Positions 1 to 13,350 of a stretch of DNA of 64,000 nt are shown one piece after another. Within the stretch, counting starts at the first letter, position 1. The number at the start of each line of letters is the position of its first letter. Source of the stretch: Lama guanicoe (taxonomy: Eukaryota); NCBI GenBank assembly GCA_013239625.1, contig MU053810.1, forward strand, positions 1,747,518 to 1,811,517. Reading direction: 5' to 3'. The notes under the pieces were generated by a model. The model did not search any database and was not told the origin of the DNA. It saw only the letters and a program-made list of their open reading frames with translations. The position numbers and the translations under genes are program-made.

Positions 1-1014
1 TTGCTAAGAAGCTAATGTCAAGATTTAGAAAAACCTTCAAAATATAGTGTGTTCATAGTCAAGCCAGCTCTTTCAATATTTACATAGGAAAATGATAAAA
101 ATGTCATTGAGATAATTTCTGGTTTTTTGCTTTCTGCTAAAATTTGTCTCACAGAAAAGCTGAAATATTGTTCTTTCATATTTCTTGATATGAACATGCT
201 ATTTAAGATTTCTGTGAAATTTTCTAAGTTCTAAGGAATTTATTTTCTATCAAGTCTTGAGTCGGAGGTACCATCTTGCCCTGCCCAGAGTTTTGAGGGA
301 AACTTTATGGTAGGAATTCTGTCATTCATGGAAAAGTTCAGGAAATCCAGTCATTCAGCAATGCATGTAACCTTATCTTGTTATTTCTTTAGTTCTAAGA
401 ACATCTAAATAGTGTTCTTCTAAAGATGTACCTTTTTATATGCTTGTAGGACAGTCTCACCAAGCTGGTATACCTTATCAGGGAAAACGAAGAAACTTCA
501 GGATAAAAGTGATTTACTGGTTGAAAAAAGATTAGCATTCAGGCTTTTTTTTCTTTTCTGGAGTATTCTAAAATGGATTGGCTGATTCTGGATTAGAGAG
601 ACTCATTTTTTGTTTTCTCCTTCCTAGAGAGCCACTTTCTCTTTCGCCTGAGCTCTAGAATTTTCCTTTCAGTCACAATTAATGATCAAGGGGTAACTCC
701 TCTCTTCACGTAGCTTGACCTTGTCTGCAACAATTGCTAATGACAGACTCTCCTAAAAATATCCAGATTTTATATTCCTAAAATAATGTCTTTTGACCAC
801 CAGAGAAGATCTTTGTATCAACCTGTGCCCTGATCAGAATTAACCTCTCTCCTCTGCACTCCACTGGCATCCAGGATCTGCCCATATTTCCTGCTGCTGG
901 AGCTACTGCTAAATTACATGAGCTTTGAAAGAAAGTACAGGGGGCTTGTTTCAAGGCTAAGAATGCCTTACCTTTGGAGATGCTCCACATAATTTTAACA
1001 CCTGCTTTTTACTC

Positions 1015-1202
1015 TATACTTACCGTGTGCCAGGCATCACAGGAGAGCCTTTACTTCCACTAAAGTCTTTTCATTTCTATTACCTCATTCAGTCTTTGCA
1101 ATCACATCCTTGTTTCACAGATTAAGTAAGTGAGAATTAGGAAGGTTGAGAAGCTTAGCCAAGGTCACAAGACTAGTAATCAGTGGAGCCAGGATTTAAA
1201 AT
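1015..1202 (-). mobile_element. MIR SINE (degenerate)
   Basis: Reads as the reverse complement of MIR: 'gtgtgccaggc...ctcattcagtc...tttcacagat...ccaaggtcacaagactagtaatcagtggagccaggatttaaa'. Confidence 0.75.
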
Positions 1203-2225
1203 CAAAAAAGTTCTGAAGGATGGGTGGTTGGAGAGATGAAGGGAAAAAAATCAATGCTGGAGTTGAAATTCCTCCATTAGGCTTCCATGCCTACGCTTGG
1301 CGCATGTGGCCTTGCTAAGAGGGTTCGCATGCTGGATGAGCAATCCGAAGCAGGTCCACTGGGGAAGTAGAAGAAGCCCTTCCCTTGCCTACTTAAAAGG
1401 GTTTTATTAGCTCAGTAACACTGACCTGTGTTCAGAGCTTATGTGAATGGTTTGTTGTCAAAGATACATATAAAATTTCCTTTAACAATAATTGAGCTTA
1501 TATTCGTGCAAAGTGGGTGATTGGCAAGATAGAGTCCTCATGAGAAAACATAGAAACTGTGAATTGAAGAAAGTAATAAAAATAGCACCTTGATAGAATT
1601 CCCAAGGTGGAAAAAAAGAGATTTGTGAATAACCTATTAAGGTTGCATGCAGCAAAAATGGCGTCTGAAGAGCTTGTTTCATATAGGAGAATTAGTCCTG
1701 CATCACTTCTCTTGTGTGTCAGGTTTTCTACTAAGACATCAGAAGATGGAGTTAAAATGGACTCAGTCCATGAAATGAGAGAAGAATTCTTGATGCCATA
1801 TTTCAGAGGAAGGGTCATAAAAGACTTCAGATACCTTTTGTATGCAAGCATAGACCTAGATGATTGAAAATAAAGTGAACAAGAATACATACGTGGTAGG
1901 AGACAAGTAACCTAGAAAACTTGACTGAAAAGACTTGCCAAAGCAGAGAATTTGTAACTAGAAAGATCTGTGAGCATTGAGATTAGATTCATCCCTGAGG
2001 CGCCACCTGCCCGGTCTCCTCATCGTTCCGATGCCCCACTCCTTTCTCTCTCAGAAGCATAGTCATTCACCCCATAAATTATATGGTCATCCTGCCAATA
2101 AATTACATAGTCACCCCATTCTGGGAGTCCTTGCTGTTGTCTGAGTTTTAACTGCATTGTATTCAGGATCTAAGGCAGCGCTAGAATTCTCAGGTTGGTT
2201 CGGTTATTCTCCATCAAGGATTTCC

Positions 2226-2298
2226 TGTGATGGAGACCACAACACCCACAAACCTAAAATATTTACTGTCTGGCATTTTACAGGAAAAGTTTGCCAGA
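2226..2298 (+). mobile_element. MER58-type hAT-Charlie fragment (3' end)
   Basis: 'cctaaaatatttactgtctggcattttacaggaaaagtttgcc' matches the MER58 terminus and the full copy at 11980-12202. Confidence 0.75.
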
Positions 2299-4167
2299 CA
2301 GATGAAGGACATACAACAAATATGTTGATGAAAATAAGAAAAGTAAAACATGCATTCACAATAAATTATTTTGGAAGAAAATATTGACCATCTGGTTTTG
2401 AGGGGTTTAAGTAAAGCAAACGGTGACCCTGGGATAAAGGAAGTAATTCGAATGATTATCAGTCACCTAAGGAACAAGCAGACAGTAAATGAAGGACCAG
2501 GTCAAACTAATGTAATAGTGTTTGAAATGAATAATTAAAAAGATTTTGAGAATGTTGAAGTGAAGGGCCTTGTGAACTAATATCATGAAGATTCAGGTCT
2601 GGACATCCATCCTGCATATGTTTATGTAGCTTTTGCTGTAAATTTTTTTCTATCTGGGTTAGAGAAGTGCTCTGGGATACTAAGTCAGTTTCATTAAAAG
2701 CAAATCTGAAGATAAAACTACATATCCAGGAATGTTTCTGTTAACATAAGGTGACACTAACTGTATTTTATGAAGCAGAAAATTGCTTCACACCCAAATT
2801 CTTAAAATCCTTCTTTCTGCTGCCTGTAATAAGACATAGAACATTTGTACACATGAGCTGCATAAAACTCTAATAGAATTAGCATTTAGTAATTTGATAT
2901 TTTATATGCCTGACAAATCTGATGGAGAATAAAGCAAGGAAATAAGGAAGCAAAACACTCTTTTATGACCAGAATCATTCCTTAAAGTGAAATGAATTTA
3001 CTAACACATTGTTGGTAATATACGTAAGGACCTGGGTCTGCTACCATCTTAGAAACAGACCTTTCCAGGTGAGCTTACAGATTTATAATGGTAAAAATTT
3101 AGAAAGAAAACAAAGCTTATGTATCCTAAAAGCCACTACAGAATTATACACATTACTTTTTAAGCACTGATATTACAACCTAGATTACAAGAAGAAAATT
3201 GAACTCAGATGTGGATAGATAGATACAGATATATTTCAAAGTTCTTAAACAAGCAGTTTTAGAACAATAAGGAAACCATCTTGTATAACATTGCAGCAAA
3301 CTCTAGAAGTCTTGGAAGTGTCTCCACCAAAATCAATTCACTTCTGCTTGGAATAATCACCCTTAAAACTTTGGAAGATAAAGCTGAATTTACCATGAGC
3401 TGGAGAAATGATGGGGACATGTAATGTTCCTTGATCAAAATGATGAAATGGAACAATTGCTATTTTCAAGTTTGAATTATTAATATAAACAAATATGGAC
3501 AACCACATGTGTATAACAGATACTCTGATTTGACCTGGATCTTAGAAAAGTTATCTCACAAATGTGATATCTCTTGAAAGATAGTGAAATGAACTATCAA
3601 AAATCATTAAACAAATATCTTTTAAAAGGCAGTGTTCTGCTGTTTGTTATAACATTCACTCGGGTATTATTATCTGGCACTGTAATGCCTTAAATTACAT
3701 CTTCTAGGGACATACAGGGAGAAAAAGTTGCTTTTCTGAGGGCCCTGTCAATATTTTAAATGAGCTCATAGTGCTTGTCTAAAAGATTTAATTACATTGT
3801 AAAATATAATGGTAACAGCCTAGATTAATTAATGGGATGATATAATAAAATGGTTTTCAAACTTTTTCTTCTTAAGCAGGAAAAACGTTTTTGAAAAATG
3901 AAACTTCAAATACAAAACAGATAAAATTAGATCTGGTGGGGGCTTCATAGCCCAGGCCTCCCATCTCCTCCTCACCGACCACAGCAATCACGGAAGCCTC
4001 TGCAAAACTGAACCCTGCACCCTGGACAGAGCTTAAAAATCTATAAATAGGAAAACAGTTTTTCCTATTTAAAAATACTGACCTTCCTAATTCACCCATT
4101 CTTTCTGTAGATCATTTGCAAGGACCCAAATGCACTGTGATTAGAAACACTTTGTCATAAGCAATGT

Positions 4168-4189
4168 GAGAGAGAGAGAGAGAAAGAGA
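4168..4189. repeat. (GA)n microsatellite
   Basis: gagagagagagagagaaagaga seen directly. Confidence 0.9.
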
Positions 4190-5194
4190 TTTTTGTTGTT
4201 GTTTTGGTCTGGGACAGTTTATAGGTTGTTCTTCCTGACCACAAATGTAACGGTCTCTTTCATTCTCTTATATAGTTCTTTCCTCAATGTTTATGGTTCA
4301 AAACAAGGGTAGAGAAAATTTTGTGCTGTTTCTCTGAGAAACTAGAAATACCGTCTTTATCTGTTTCTCTGTAAATCTCAGCATTCCAACTAAAATTCTA
4401 AAACTTTTTATGGTAAAAAAATAAATAAATTAGGATACAGATCTTTCCTTGATGAGACAATCATCTCATCAAAGGGATTTCTGGTTCCTTTCCCAGGTCC
4501 AACTTTGCTATCTTGGCAGAACAGAGGTGAGTTGATTCATGCATCATTGTTGTTCCTGAGGAAGACAGACAGCTCTGAAGGACCAGGAGCCATTCATCTG
4601 AGCACCATGGAATAAAAATTTAGTAGCGAAAGGATAGCATTTTTTAGAGGCATGGCGCATCTAAACCCCTAAGACTTCATGTTCCTTTTACTGAGCCAAC
4701 AACAAAGTAAAAGTCACTGCTCTTTCTGTCCACTTCTATGCATTTGAAATTGCCATTTGAGTATACTGTTTGGTAGGAGGTCAAGAAATTTTAAGAAAGG
4801 GTGTCAAGAATTGGAATCCTGAAACATCCAAGAGTTTTATTTATAACTGAGTATTTGCTTCAATGGCTCACAGCCACGAGGAGGAATCTTGGTTCCTTTT
4901 TTATTTCTTTCCTTGAGGCCTCAACTCTCACTTCTGTTCTACCAAGATAGCAAAGTTGAATGCTGGGCAAGGGGTTTTTAGATTCTGCAAGAATTCATTC
5001 ATCAAAAAGAAAAGATTTCTCTTCTTTGTCTTATAACCCTAACTTTTGTGGCTAAAGAGCCTGGGTCAGGTCTTGGAGGATATTATATAGATTTTCAGTT
5101 ATAGATCAGGTTATAATGTCTTTTTTCCCCCCAATAAGCACTTTTCAACTGTGCTCGGTGCTGTGGATGGTAAGAAAGAATAAAATAATCTATA

Positions 5195-5430
5195 TTTACT
5201 GAATACTTACTATGTCAAACCCCGATAGGAAGCTTCATCTATATTATCTCATTTAATCCTCACCAAAACCCAGTGAAGGTAGATTTAACAATCTCCATTT
5301 GACAGAAATTGAATCTCCAATAATAACTCACCAAAAATCTCACCCAGTAATCTCTAGTAATAACTTGGAGATGGATCGCTATCAACCAATGGCAGAATGA
5401 AGGCCTGAACCCAATTTTACGTATGTGATT
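5195..5430 (-). mobile_element. MIR SINE (degenerate)
   Basis: 'atttactgaatacttactatgtc...tctcatttaatcctcacc...ccatttgacagaaattga' is the antisense MIR core. Confidence 0.75.
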
Positions 5431-7174
5431 CTAAAGCTCATGCTGTATCCACCAAATAATCCAGCCTCCAGCTTTTGCATTATTCAAATGGGGGATAATT
5501 GTAAGGAACAGTGCTCAACTGGGCTGAGAATCATATAATTGACAGTTATTGAACACACGTCCTCTACATGCTCAAACAACGTCAGTGACCTCTACTCCCT
5601 TCCTTTTCTTTACACCCTAGTAAATGAGACAGCATTATTGGTTTGTTTTTTTTCTGGCAGTGCCCTAGTAGCATGTTGAAAAATTATGAACCAGGTTAAT
5701 TATTAATTCAAGTGTAGAGATTGATTGCTTTTAGTGCCTGAATTTGGAAGGACAGTTGAGTGTGGCAGGGGAGTTCTCCTTCCTAATGCGATACAGTGCG
5801 CAGTGCTCCCAAATTCTTGAGGATGTGCAAGACTACTGCCCAGATGCAGGACTCCAGAAGTGGCCCAGTTAGGTGGAAAAAAGAGCATTGTTTCTTGAAT
5901 GGAATCCTCACTTTGGGCATATATTCTTAAAGCTACAAAATGATCATTTTGCTCTTAGAAATAACTACCAGTAGATATAATCTTCTATTTTCTCAAATCA
6001 AAACTATGTGACATCTTATTCATGTATATGTAATTTAAAGAAACAAAATGAACTATTTAATTGTCACCATAATCTGCCTTCAATTACCGTACTGCAGCCT
6101 CAGGTTACTATGCATCTTATTTGAAGAGTTGCAGCGTTACTAAAGGAGTTGAAAATCTTTCATAAATAAGGAGCCAAATTGTTGAAATGTGTTTTCACCT
6201 AGATGCTGGCAAGTTGCCAAAGCCATTTTTAAGATCAACCAATGAAGAAACATTTTCTTCATAACGTTGGGATAACAAATTTGATTTTAAATGTGAATAG
6301 CCTTTGGCTTTGTATTCACTTCAAATTGTGTAACTTTTATCAGAGAGAAAATGATCTGTTCTCAAGCTGAGTGCTGCAATCTTGGTTGGAGGTTGCACGT
6401 GGGAGAAGGCTAATCATCAGAGAACCCTCCCCTGCCAGCACCATCTTGCGTTAAGTCTCCGAGAAGGTGTGAGTCAGCTGGGTTGGTAAAAGGGACTTCA
6501 ATTAAACAGAAGGCAAGCAAACTAAGTATGTTAAAAATTGGAGGGAAATGATTTGAAAAGGAGTGTATGGAAAGCAGATGAGAACATTAAGTCTTTGCTG
6601 TTGTTTGAGTTTCAGTCTCATCTAAGCCCCAGGAGCTACCCTCCTTTGGAAATCCTAGAGCAGATCATTTTTTAAACAGACTGTATTGACAGATTGCTCA
6701 GTGACCATAGATGTCTGGTTTCATTAGGTGATATATATTAATCCCAGTGTTTTAAGAAGAGGAAGACCTGCAATTTTTGGCTTCTTAGTAGCTTACAATG
6801 TCCAGACTACTAAAAAAAATTTACCCACTTCGTTCTGAATATTTAACCCTAAGATTTTCTTTGAGTTCTCGCTGACTTTGTCATTGCAGTACTGAAACCA
6901 CTGGCTTTTCAACTCTCTGACATCATAGCAAATATTACTTTGTATCTCTAACCAGGGGAGTTTGGAGTCTCAGCAATTCAGTAATCCTTCTGTACTCTGC
7001 TGTGGCATCCTTGTTCTTGCCACTTAATCCAGCTATGAGTTGGCTTCTTATTTTACTTTGCATTGGTACAAAGAAGACAAAGGGCAGGAAGCAGTTAATG
7101 ATTTGACTATTTTGCTAAAGCTTTACTTCCCTGGGTTCTAACTTCTCTTTGCCTCTTCAAACTGTACAGCACAA

Positions 7175-7272
7175 AGTTGATGAGTAGCGAGAGTAGCCAT
7201 TTTGTCTTGTTTCCAATTTTAGGAGGAAAACATTGTTTGTTTTTCATCATTATTTATGATGTTAGCTAGAGA
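7175..7272 (-). mobile_element. Old L1 ORF2 fragment, antisense
   Basis: 'gagagtagccattttgtcttgtttccaattttaggaggaaa...tatgatgttagct' resembles the reverse complement of the L1 reverse-transcriptase region. Confidence 0.6.
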
Positions 7273-7399
7273 TTATCCATAGAAATCTTGTATTATTTAT
7301 GGGTATAGAATTTTAAAACACTGATAGTTAAGAAACAAATAGCTCACAAAGTTAAAATGACTAAAACATGGCCAAATAATGAATTTACTCCATGAATAC

Positions 7400-8895
7400 A
7401 AACATGGTTTTCAGTTTAAAGACCTCTATTAATGCCATTCATAGCAGCAGTATTGAAGATCATCGGGTCAACTTGATAGATGGGAAAATATTTAATAAAA
7501 TCCAACATTTGTTTCTAAGTAAAAATGTTAGCAGACTGAGCTGGAAAGATACATATGAACACAATAAGAAATATTATTTCAAATAATGGAGAAATATACC
7601 AAATGTTAATGCCCAGAGACATTCCCATTAAAACAGGAAGAAGGCAAGTGTTGCACTGTTATGTAACAGAATCCTATAGTTCTGGTTAACGCACGGAGAA
7701 AAGAAGCAAATAAGAGACATGAGTATTGGAAAGAAGCACAAACATTACTTATAAAGGAACCAGATAAAAAAGACACAGAAATCAATAGCTTTCCATGTCA
7801 GAAATAACCACATAAAATGCAATGATTAAGGCTCCTTAATAATAGCAAAAATAGCAATAAAATAGTTACTAACAAACTTAATAATGTGTAGGTTCCATGC
7901 AAGGGAAACAATGAAAATTTGATGAGACACTTAAATGAACACCTGAATAAACATTTTAATGAACGGAAAGATAGAATATAATAAGATGTCAATTATTTTC
8001 ACATCAGTTCTATCAAAAACATTATTATTTGGAGCATCAGAATGCAATTATAAAAATCACAGAGAAGAATAAGAGTGAGACTACTCAAGAAAAATTTTTA
8101 AATGGGATCAATGAAGGCAGGCTTAAACTACTAGATTTAGATAAATCATTAGATAAAAGTGTAATAATGAAATCACTATAGGAACTATACAAAAAGGAAC
8201 AAAGCAATCAATGGAAGATTATACAATTTCAGAAATAGACCTTAGCGTATGTGTTTATTATGTGATAAAATATGCAGTTCCAAACAATGGGTAAAGATCT
8301 CTTACTCAACAAATGATCGTGGGACTCCTAGCCATCAATCTGAATAACAATTGTCTCCGTAGATTTGGTCCTAACTTCACGCCATATACCAAAATAAATT
8401 TAAAATAGATTGGAGAATTGAAAATAAAGAATGAAATAAGAAGCAAAGTAGGAGAGACTATGGCGAATTTTACTTCATGCCAAAGTACTGGAGGCCTTTA
8501 TGAGCAAAAAAGCGAAGACAGAAACTTTGAAGAAAAGGATGAAAAACCACAACAGAAAAATACAAACCACTATATATCAAAAAAAATCATGTTTAGAATT
8601 GAATGGCAAATTACAGGCAGATGATACATTTAACAGAGATTTAATGCTCTTATTTTATAGACTGTCTATAAAAAAAGAACAGCCCAGTTGGATAAAACAG
8701 GGAAAAGAAACGAGTTATACACTCAGAGATGGAGACATACAGTCAACAAACATGGTTTAAACATTTAACCTCACCTATAATAGAGAAATGCTAATTAAAA
8801 CATGGTATATCATTTTTAATTCATTAAATTGCAAAAAGGATGATGGTATGTATTTTTACAAGGGTTAAAATGACATACATATGCTCATATATAGG
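7400..8895 (+). mobile_element. Ancient L1 (L1M/L1ME-type) ORF2 remnant
   Basis: A-rich and colinear with L1 ORF2 landmarks ('atttaataaaatccaaca', 'cattcccattaaaacaggaagaaggcaag', 'ccatataccaaaataaatt', 'agagaaatgctaattaaaac'); many stops and frameshifts. Confidence 0.75.
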
Positions 8896-8903
8896 TTGAA
8901 TAA

Positions 8904-9138
8904 TTTTTTCCAGTTTTATTGAGAAATAATTGACATGCCTCACTGTGTAATTTTAAGGCTTACAGAATGATAGTTTGATTCACATATATTGTGAAATGGT
9001 TACCACAGTAGTTGAAGCTAACATCCATCTTCTCATATAAATACAGAAAACAAGGGAAGAAAGAAGGAAAAAAATTTTCTTCTTGTGATGAGAACTCATA
9101 GAATTTACTCTTTTAACAACTGTCCAGTATATTATACA
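8904..9138 (-). mobile_element. L1MA-type 3' end, antisense, nested in the older L1
   Basis: 'ttttattgagaaataattgaca...catatattgtgaaatggttaccaca...gtgatgagaactcatagaatttactc' is a typical reverse-complemented L1MA 3' UTR. Confidence 0.7.
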
Positions 9139-9639
9139 ATAAAACTTTTATAGAGCTGTACAATGGAGTATATGCTGTCAGTAAAAATTAACTCTCAAGG
9201 AATATTCATGGGCGTGGAAGACTGCCTGGACTGTCATATTAGCTGTAAAGAAGCAAATTATCACATGTTATGATTCCAGTTTGATTAATTAATTTACAGT
9301 GTATGTAATTATACATAAAATAAAGATAAGGAAATCAAGTAACAATATCTTAGCACTGAGATATTATCTACTTAATTTCTGTTTTTCTAAGTTTTCTGTA
9401 ATTTTCTATTAAAATGATTATTTTACAAACCAGGCAATGCTATTTAAAGCATAACTATGATTAAAATTATTCAAACTGAGGATTGAAATTCAGAAGGGTC
9501 ATGCTATGAATGCTATGAAAATTCAGTGGGTGGCAACCAGTATTTTTGTTAATGAAATAGAATGGAATACAAAATATCTCTGTGCTTTATTTGGATGTTT
9601 AAAAAAAAAAAAGATTCATCACAATGAATATTTAGTTTC

Positions 9640-9640
<1 letters not shown>

Positions 9641-9675
<35 letters not shown>
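9641..9675. repeat. (CA)n microsatellite
   Basis: About 17 perfect AC units seen directly. Confidence 0.95.
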
Positions 9676-9676
<1 letters not shown>

Positions 9677-11036
9677 CCATACACACATACCCAGATATAA
9701 ACATGTCTAAACACTTGATGTTAACTCTATTTCTTAGTATGGTTTACTTCAGAAGTTTGAAAGGCTATATTGGAGTAATTTTCTTTTTCTGATGGAATGG
9801 AAGATTTCTGAAATTGCATACTTTATATTACTAAGGCATTCACATCCAACTTTGTGCAAGTGAATCAGCCCAAAGCTGGAAGTCATTGAGGAATTCCGAT
9901 TTAACTACTTCAGCAGCTGCTAGTTTAAAAAAAAAAAAATAGCAAACACAATGCCCAAACAAAGGTCTTAAACTTGTGAATACAGAGATTATATGATGCT
10001 TTGTTATGAAGGATTATTTAAGTTGATACACAGCCAAACTTGCATCATTTAAATATGCCTTAGCCAGCATATTCCAATATTCACTAGCAGCACATAAACG
10101 TTAGGTGGGGGCAAAGATAAACATTGAATTTTACTATGAGGTTAGCATTTCAGCAAGTCAGTCCAAGTCTTTTGAATCAAATAGCTTTTAACTATTTCCA
10201 TATGAGTGAATACTTCATTCTCTTGCCCCTTCTAAACAGTATTTTAAGCAATTTTTTAATGTAGATATAAGCTGAATACTCAAATATCTAATAATCTGGG
10301 TAGAACAGGCACCTCTCTGGTTAAAACATGCTGAAAGTTTCAATGCTGGGCTACAACTAATTATTTTGCCCTAAAATGGCTTTACTGGATTGTCCAGTGT
10401 GTAGCTGACTGTTTTATGCATCACAAGTTCACGGCATATTTAAGTCTACTTTTATATGCCCTTCATTCCCTTAACACATTCACAGTGCACAAATGAGGAT
10501 ATTTTGTTAATGTCAACAGTGGCTTTTAATCAGAATTATTTCTGAGAAGATTAGCTTATTTCCAGATAAACCTAAAATAATGTCACTTGATTCCCAGTGA
10601 CATTCTTTCCTACCTTACACACCCCCAAACTGAAAACAGACTTGATTGACGTCAGGAGGTGATGCTCAGAGGAAGAAAGAACTCTAGCATGAAAAGCTAA
10701 TTACAAAAGTCATTTTCCTGTTTGAAAATATCTTTCATTGAAAGATAGGGGAAATAAAACCCTGTAAGCAAAATAAGTATCTTCTTTTTACCAAAAGAAA
10801 AAAGATGTGAATTTTTAATGAGAGATGAAAATTGGAGGGATAAAAACCCTTAAGTTGTTATGCTTTTAAACATCTATGAGGGCTGCTCTAGATTCTAGAA
10901 ATCTAAAGAAAATTTAAGCCTTTATTTTAGAAAACCTGCAATTCTGCCAGATGCCACGTGTATAAATGACAAGGTTCTGGATATCACGTATCAGTTGATT
11001 TGATCCCAGTTTTCCATCTAAAACTCATCTCCAAAT

Positions 11037-11150
11037 GGGAGGATATAGCTCAAGCAGTAGAGTGCATGCCTAGGTCCTGGGTTCAATCCCCAGTACCACT
11101 ATTAAAAATAAATGAACCTAATTACCTCCCTGAGCCAAAAAAAAAAAAAG
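11037..11150 (+). mobile_element. tRNA-derived SINE, Vic-1-like (camelid)
   Basis: Head 'gggaggatatagctcaagcagtagagtgcatg', B box 'gggttcaatccc', A-rich tail; 15-bp TSD aaactcat(c/t)tccaaa at 11021-11035 and 11151-11165. Confidence 0.85.
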
Positions 11151-11979
11151 AAACTCATTTCCAAAGCAAAGTCCTTGCATTCTACAGATAACTATTTCCC
11201 TTGGCACTGGATTATGATTCTGAGCTACAGGGAACATCAAGAGCTTTTATTAAAAGAAAACATACTCCATACTTCTGCATGTTAATAGTGGTGTAAAATT
11301 TCTTAATTTATCCTACAATATTGTTTCTATAATAGATTACTGTGTAGTTAAATTCTTCTGTCATTCCCAGAGCTCTATGTAATGAGTGGTTCAGGCATGA
11401 AAACCCTGAAAAACTTTAAGCTCAATTTTCTTGATTTTAGGAGAAAACTTTTTAGAAGTGAAATCCTCTGTCTCATGCCTGAAGCTGATTAGGGCCAACA
11501 AGCGTGCCTTGTATAGGAGATGAGATACGATTTTTTTTTTACTCACTTTTTATTGACAGTAATGATTATTATAATCAATATTTTAAAATTTTATGGCCTA
11601 CCTTCTAATTAAATTTTTAAGTGTTTTAAAACAAAATAATTTTTCCATATCTTACAGCTCCATAGTCCTATTACCCATTTTATCTTATGATACATTTTGT
11701 TATTAGTTATAATTATGGCTGTTTATCATTGTACTTGTTTCTCATCTAAAATACTTCTGCTTCTTTTTAAAGCATATTTCCACTTCTTTGGTGCTGTAGG
11801 ATTATTTTTCACACTTTTGCAGGCTATGGCAAGAAAACTTGTTAAACATACAATTGATTTTTCCGTTAAGACAGCACACCAATAAATACATGTAAGGCTG
11901 CAAGGACCATTTAAATCATCAGGCACTTTGATGAGGTATTCTGAAGTCTTCAGAACTTTACAGATCTTTATTTTGACAA

Positions 11980-12202
11980 TAGGGCAGAAAACTAAACCAA
12001 GTGGGCCAAATTTGATCCATTTCCTGATTTTGTAAATAAAGTTGTATTGAAACACAGCCACGCCCATGTTTTTATACATTTGTCTGTGGCTTCTTTTGAG
12101 CGACAATAGCAAAAGTGAGTAGTTAGGACAGAAACTGTATATCCTGCAAAGCCTGAAATATTTACTGTATGGTCCTTTATAGAAAACATTTGCTGACTCC
12201 TG
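11980..12202 (+). mobile_element. MER58A (hAT-Charlie MITE), near full length
   Basis: 'tttgtaaataaagttgtattgaaacacagccacgcccat...gcaaagcctgaaatatttactgtatggtcctttatagaaaacatttgctgactcctg' follows the MER58A consensus end to end. Confidence 0.9.
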
Positions 12203-13019
12203 ATCTTGAAACTAATTCCTGACTAGGTCTTAAGATTTTGTGATTTTTTTTTTCCCTAAATTCTCTTTTGTAGATGTTTCATCTCACTGTTGAAATGACA
12301 CATGTTCAGTTGGGTAGAAAGCCATGCACTTCATTTTTAATCCTTATGTATGTATTTTAACATTTATTTTCTTCACCTGAATATATTACTCTTGCAAAAT
12401 AAGTCATTTTCTGAAACCCTTTCCACAAAACTAAGATCAGTTAGAGACGAGATGGGATTTACACTCTCATCTCAGGATTGGATAGGTTCTGCTAGGAGAA
12501 TTTTGCTTGTTTTCTAGCTGCCTTATTTAATAGGGTTCGCTTAACATCATTCCTGAGGGCTTTGAAATCAACATTCCACTGAAACTGACTGGAAAATAGT
12601 ACAATTAACTTGAAGTATAGCTCCCTAACAACTTGTTTTGCAGTTAGGTGGTAGTGAGGGGAAACAGAATAACCTGAAAATAAAAACATGGGAAATCTAT
12701 TGTAGTTAGGAGCTCAGACTTTACTGAAATCAGTTTTTAAGGAATATTTACAAAACCACATAATCTCTACTTATAAATATTGAATAACGATTGGGTCCAT
12801 GTTTGAGAGCAACTTAAATTTTCCTCTCATAAGATTCTATAATACTAATTCCCAAATATGATGATAAGGAACTTTAGGGATAAAACACATTTCGTATTAA
12901 CATGGTACACAGCATTAATTCCTAAACATTTTCTAAATCCTGTCTATAAAGTGAAAATCCTACAGTTGTTGGTCTTGCTGTATACTACAATGGCATTACT
13001 TAGGTATTAAAAACAGCTG

Positions 13020-13160
13020 ATATTTACTAAATATTGACTATGTACAAAACATTCTACTTTTAATCCTTACATAACCTCCCTTACCTCATTTTACAGATGA
13101 GGAAACCAGCTTAGACAGGAAAAATAATCTGCCTAAGATCACAAACCTATTTGGTAACAC
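13020..13160 (-). mobile_element. MIR SINE (degenerate)
   Basis: 'tttaatccttacataacc...cattttacagatgaggaaacc...tgcctaagatcaca'. Confidence 0.8.
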
Positions 13161-13323
13161 TGGGAAAGCCTCATGCAAGCGTCTGGCACGGTTAGTGTTA
13201 TGATGTTTTAGACAAAACAACACAGCAGCTTAGTGGAAAGAGGAAGGTGTCCTCAAAAGTGATTTTGGATTTATTTAAAATTCAGAGGTAATAGAAGGGT
13301 GACTTTTCTTAATGACTTTTACA

Positions 13324-13350
13324 ACACACACACACACACACACACACACA
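13324..13350. repeat. (CA)n microsatellite
   Basis: About 13 AC units seen directly. Confidence 0.95.

Noticed and set aside
1498..1890. Overlapping ORFs of 130 aa (-) and 86 aa (+)
   Set aside because: No recognisable domain or splice context; lengths are compatible with chance in 64 kb.
2000..2014. CTCF-like motif gcgccacctgcccgg
   Set aside because: Matches only the 3' part of the core and mismatches a conserved position; unsupported without ChIP data.
7175..7700. Opposite-orientation L1 pieces suggesting a twin-priming inversion
   Set aside because: Both pieces seem to cover the same ORF2 segment, which fits two independent old insertions better.
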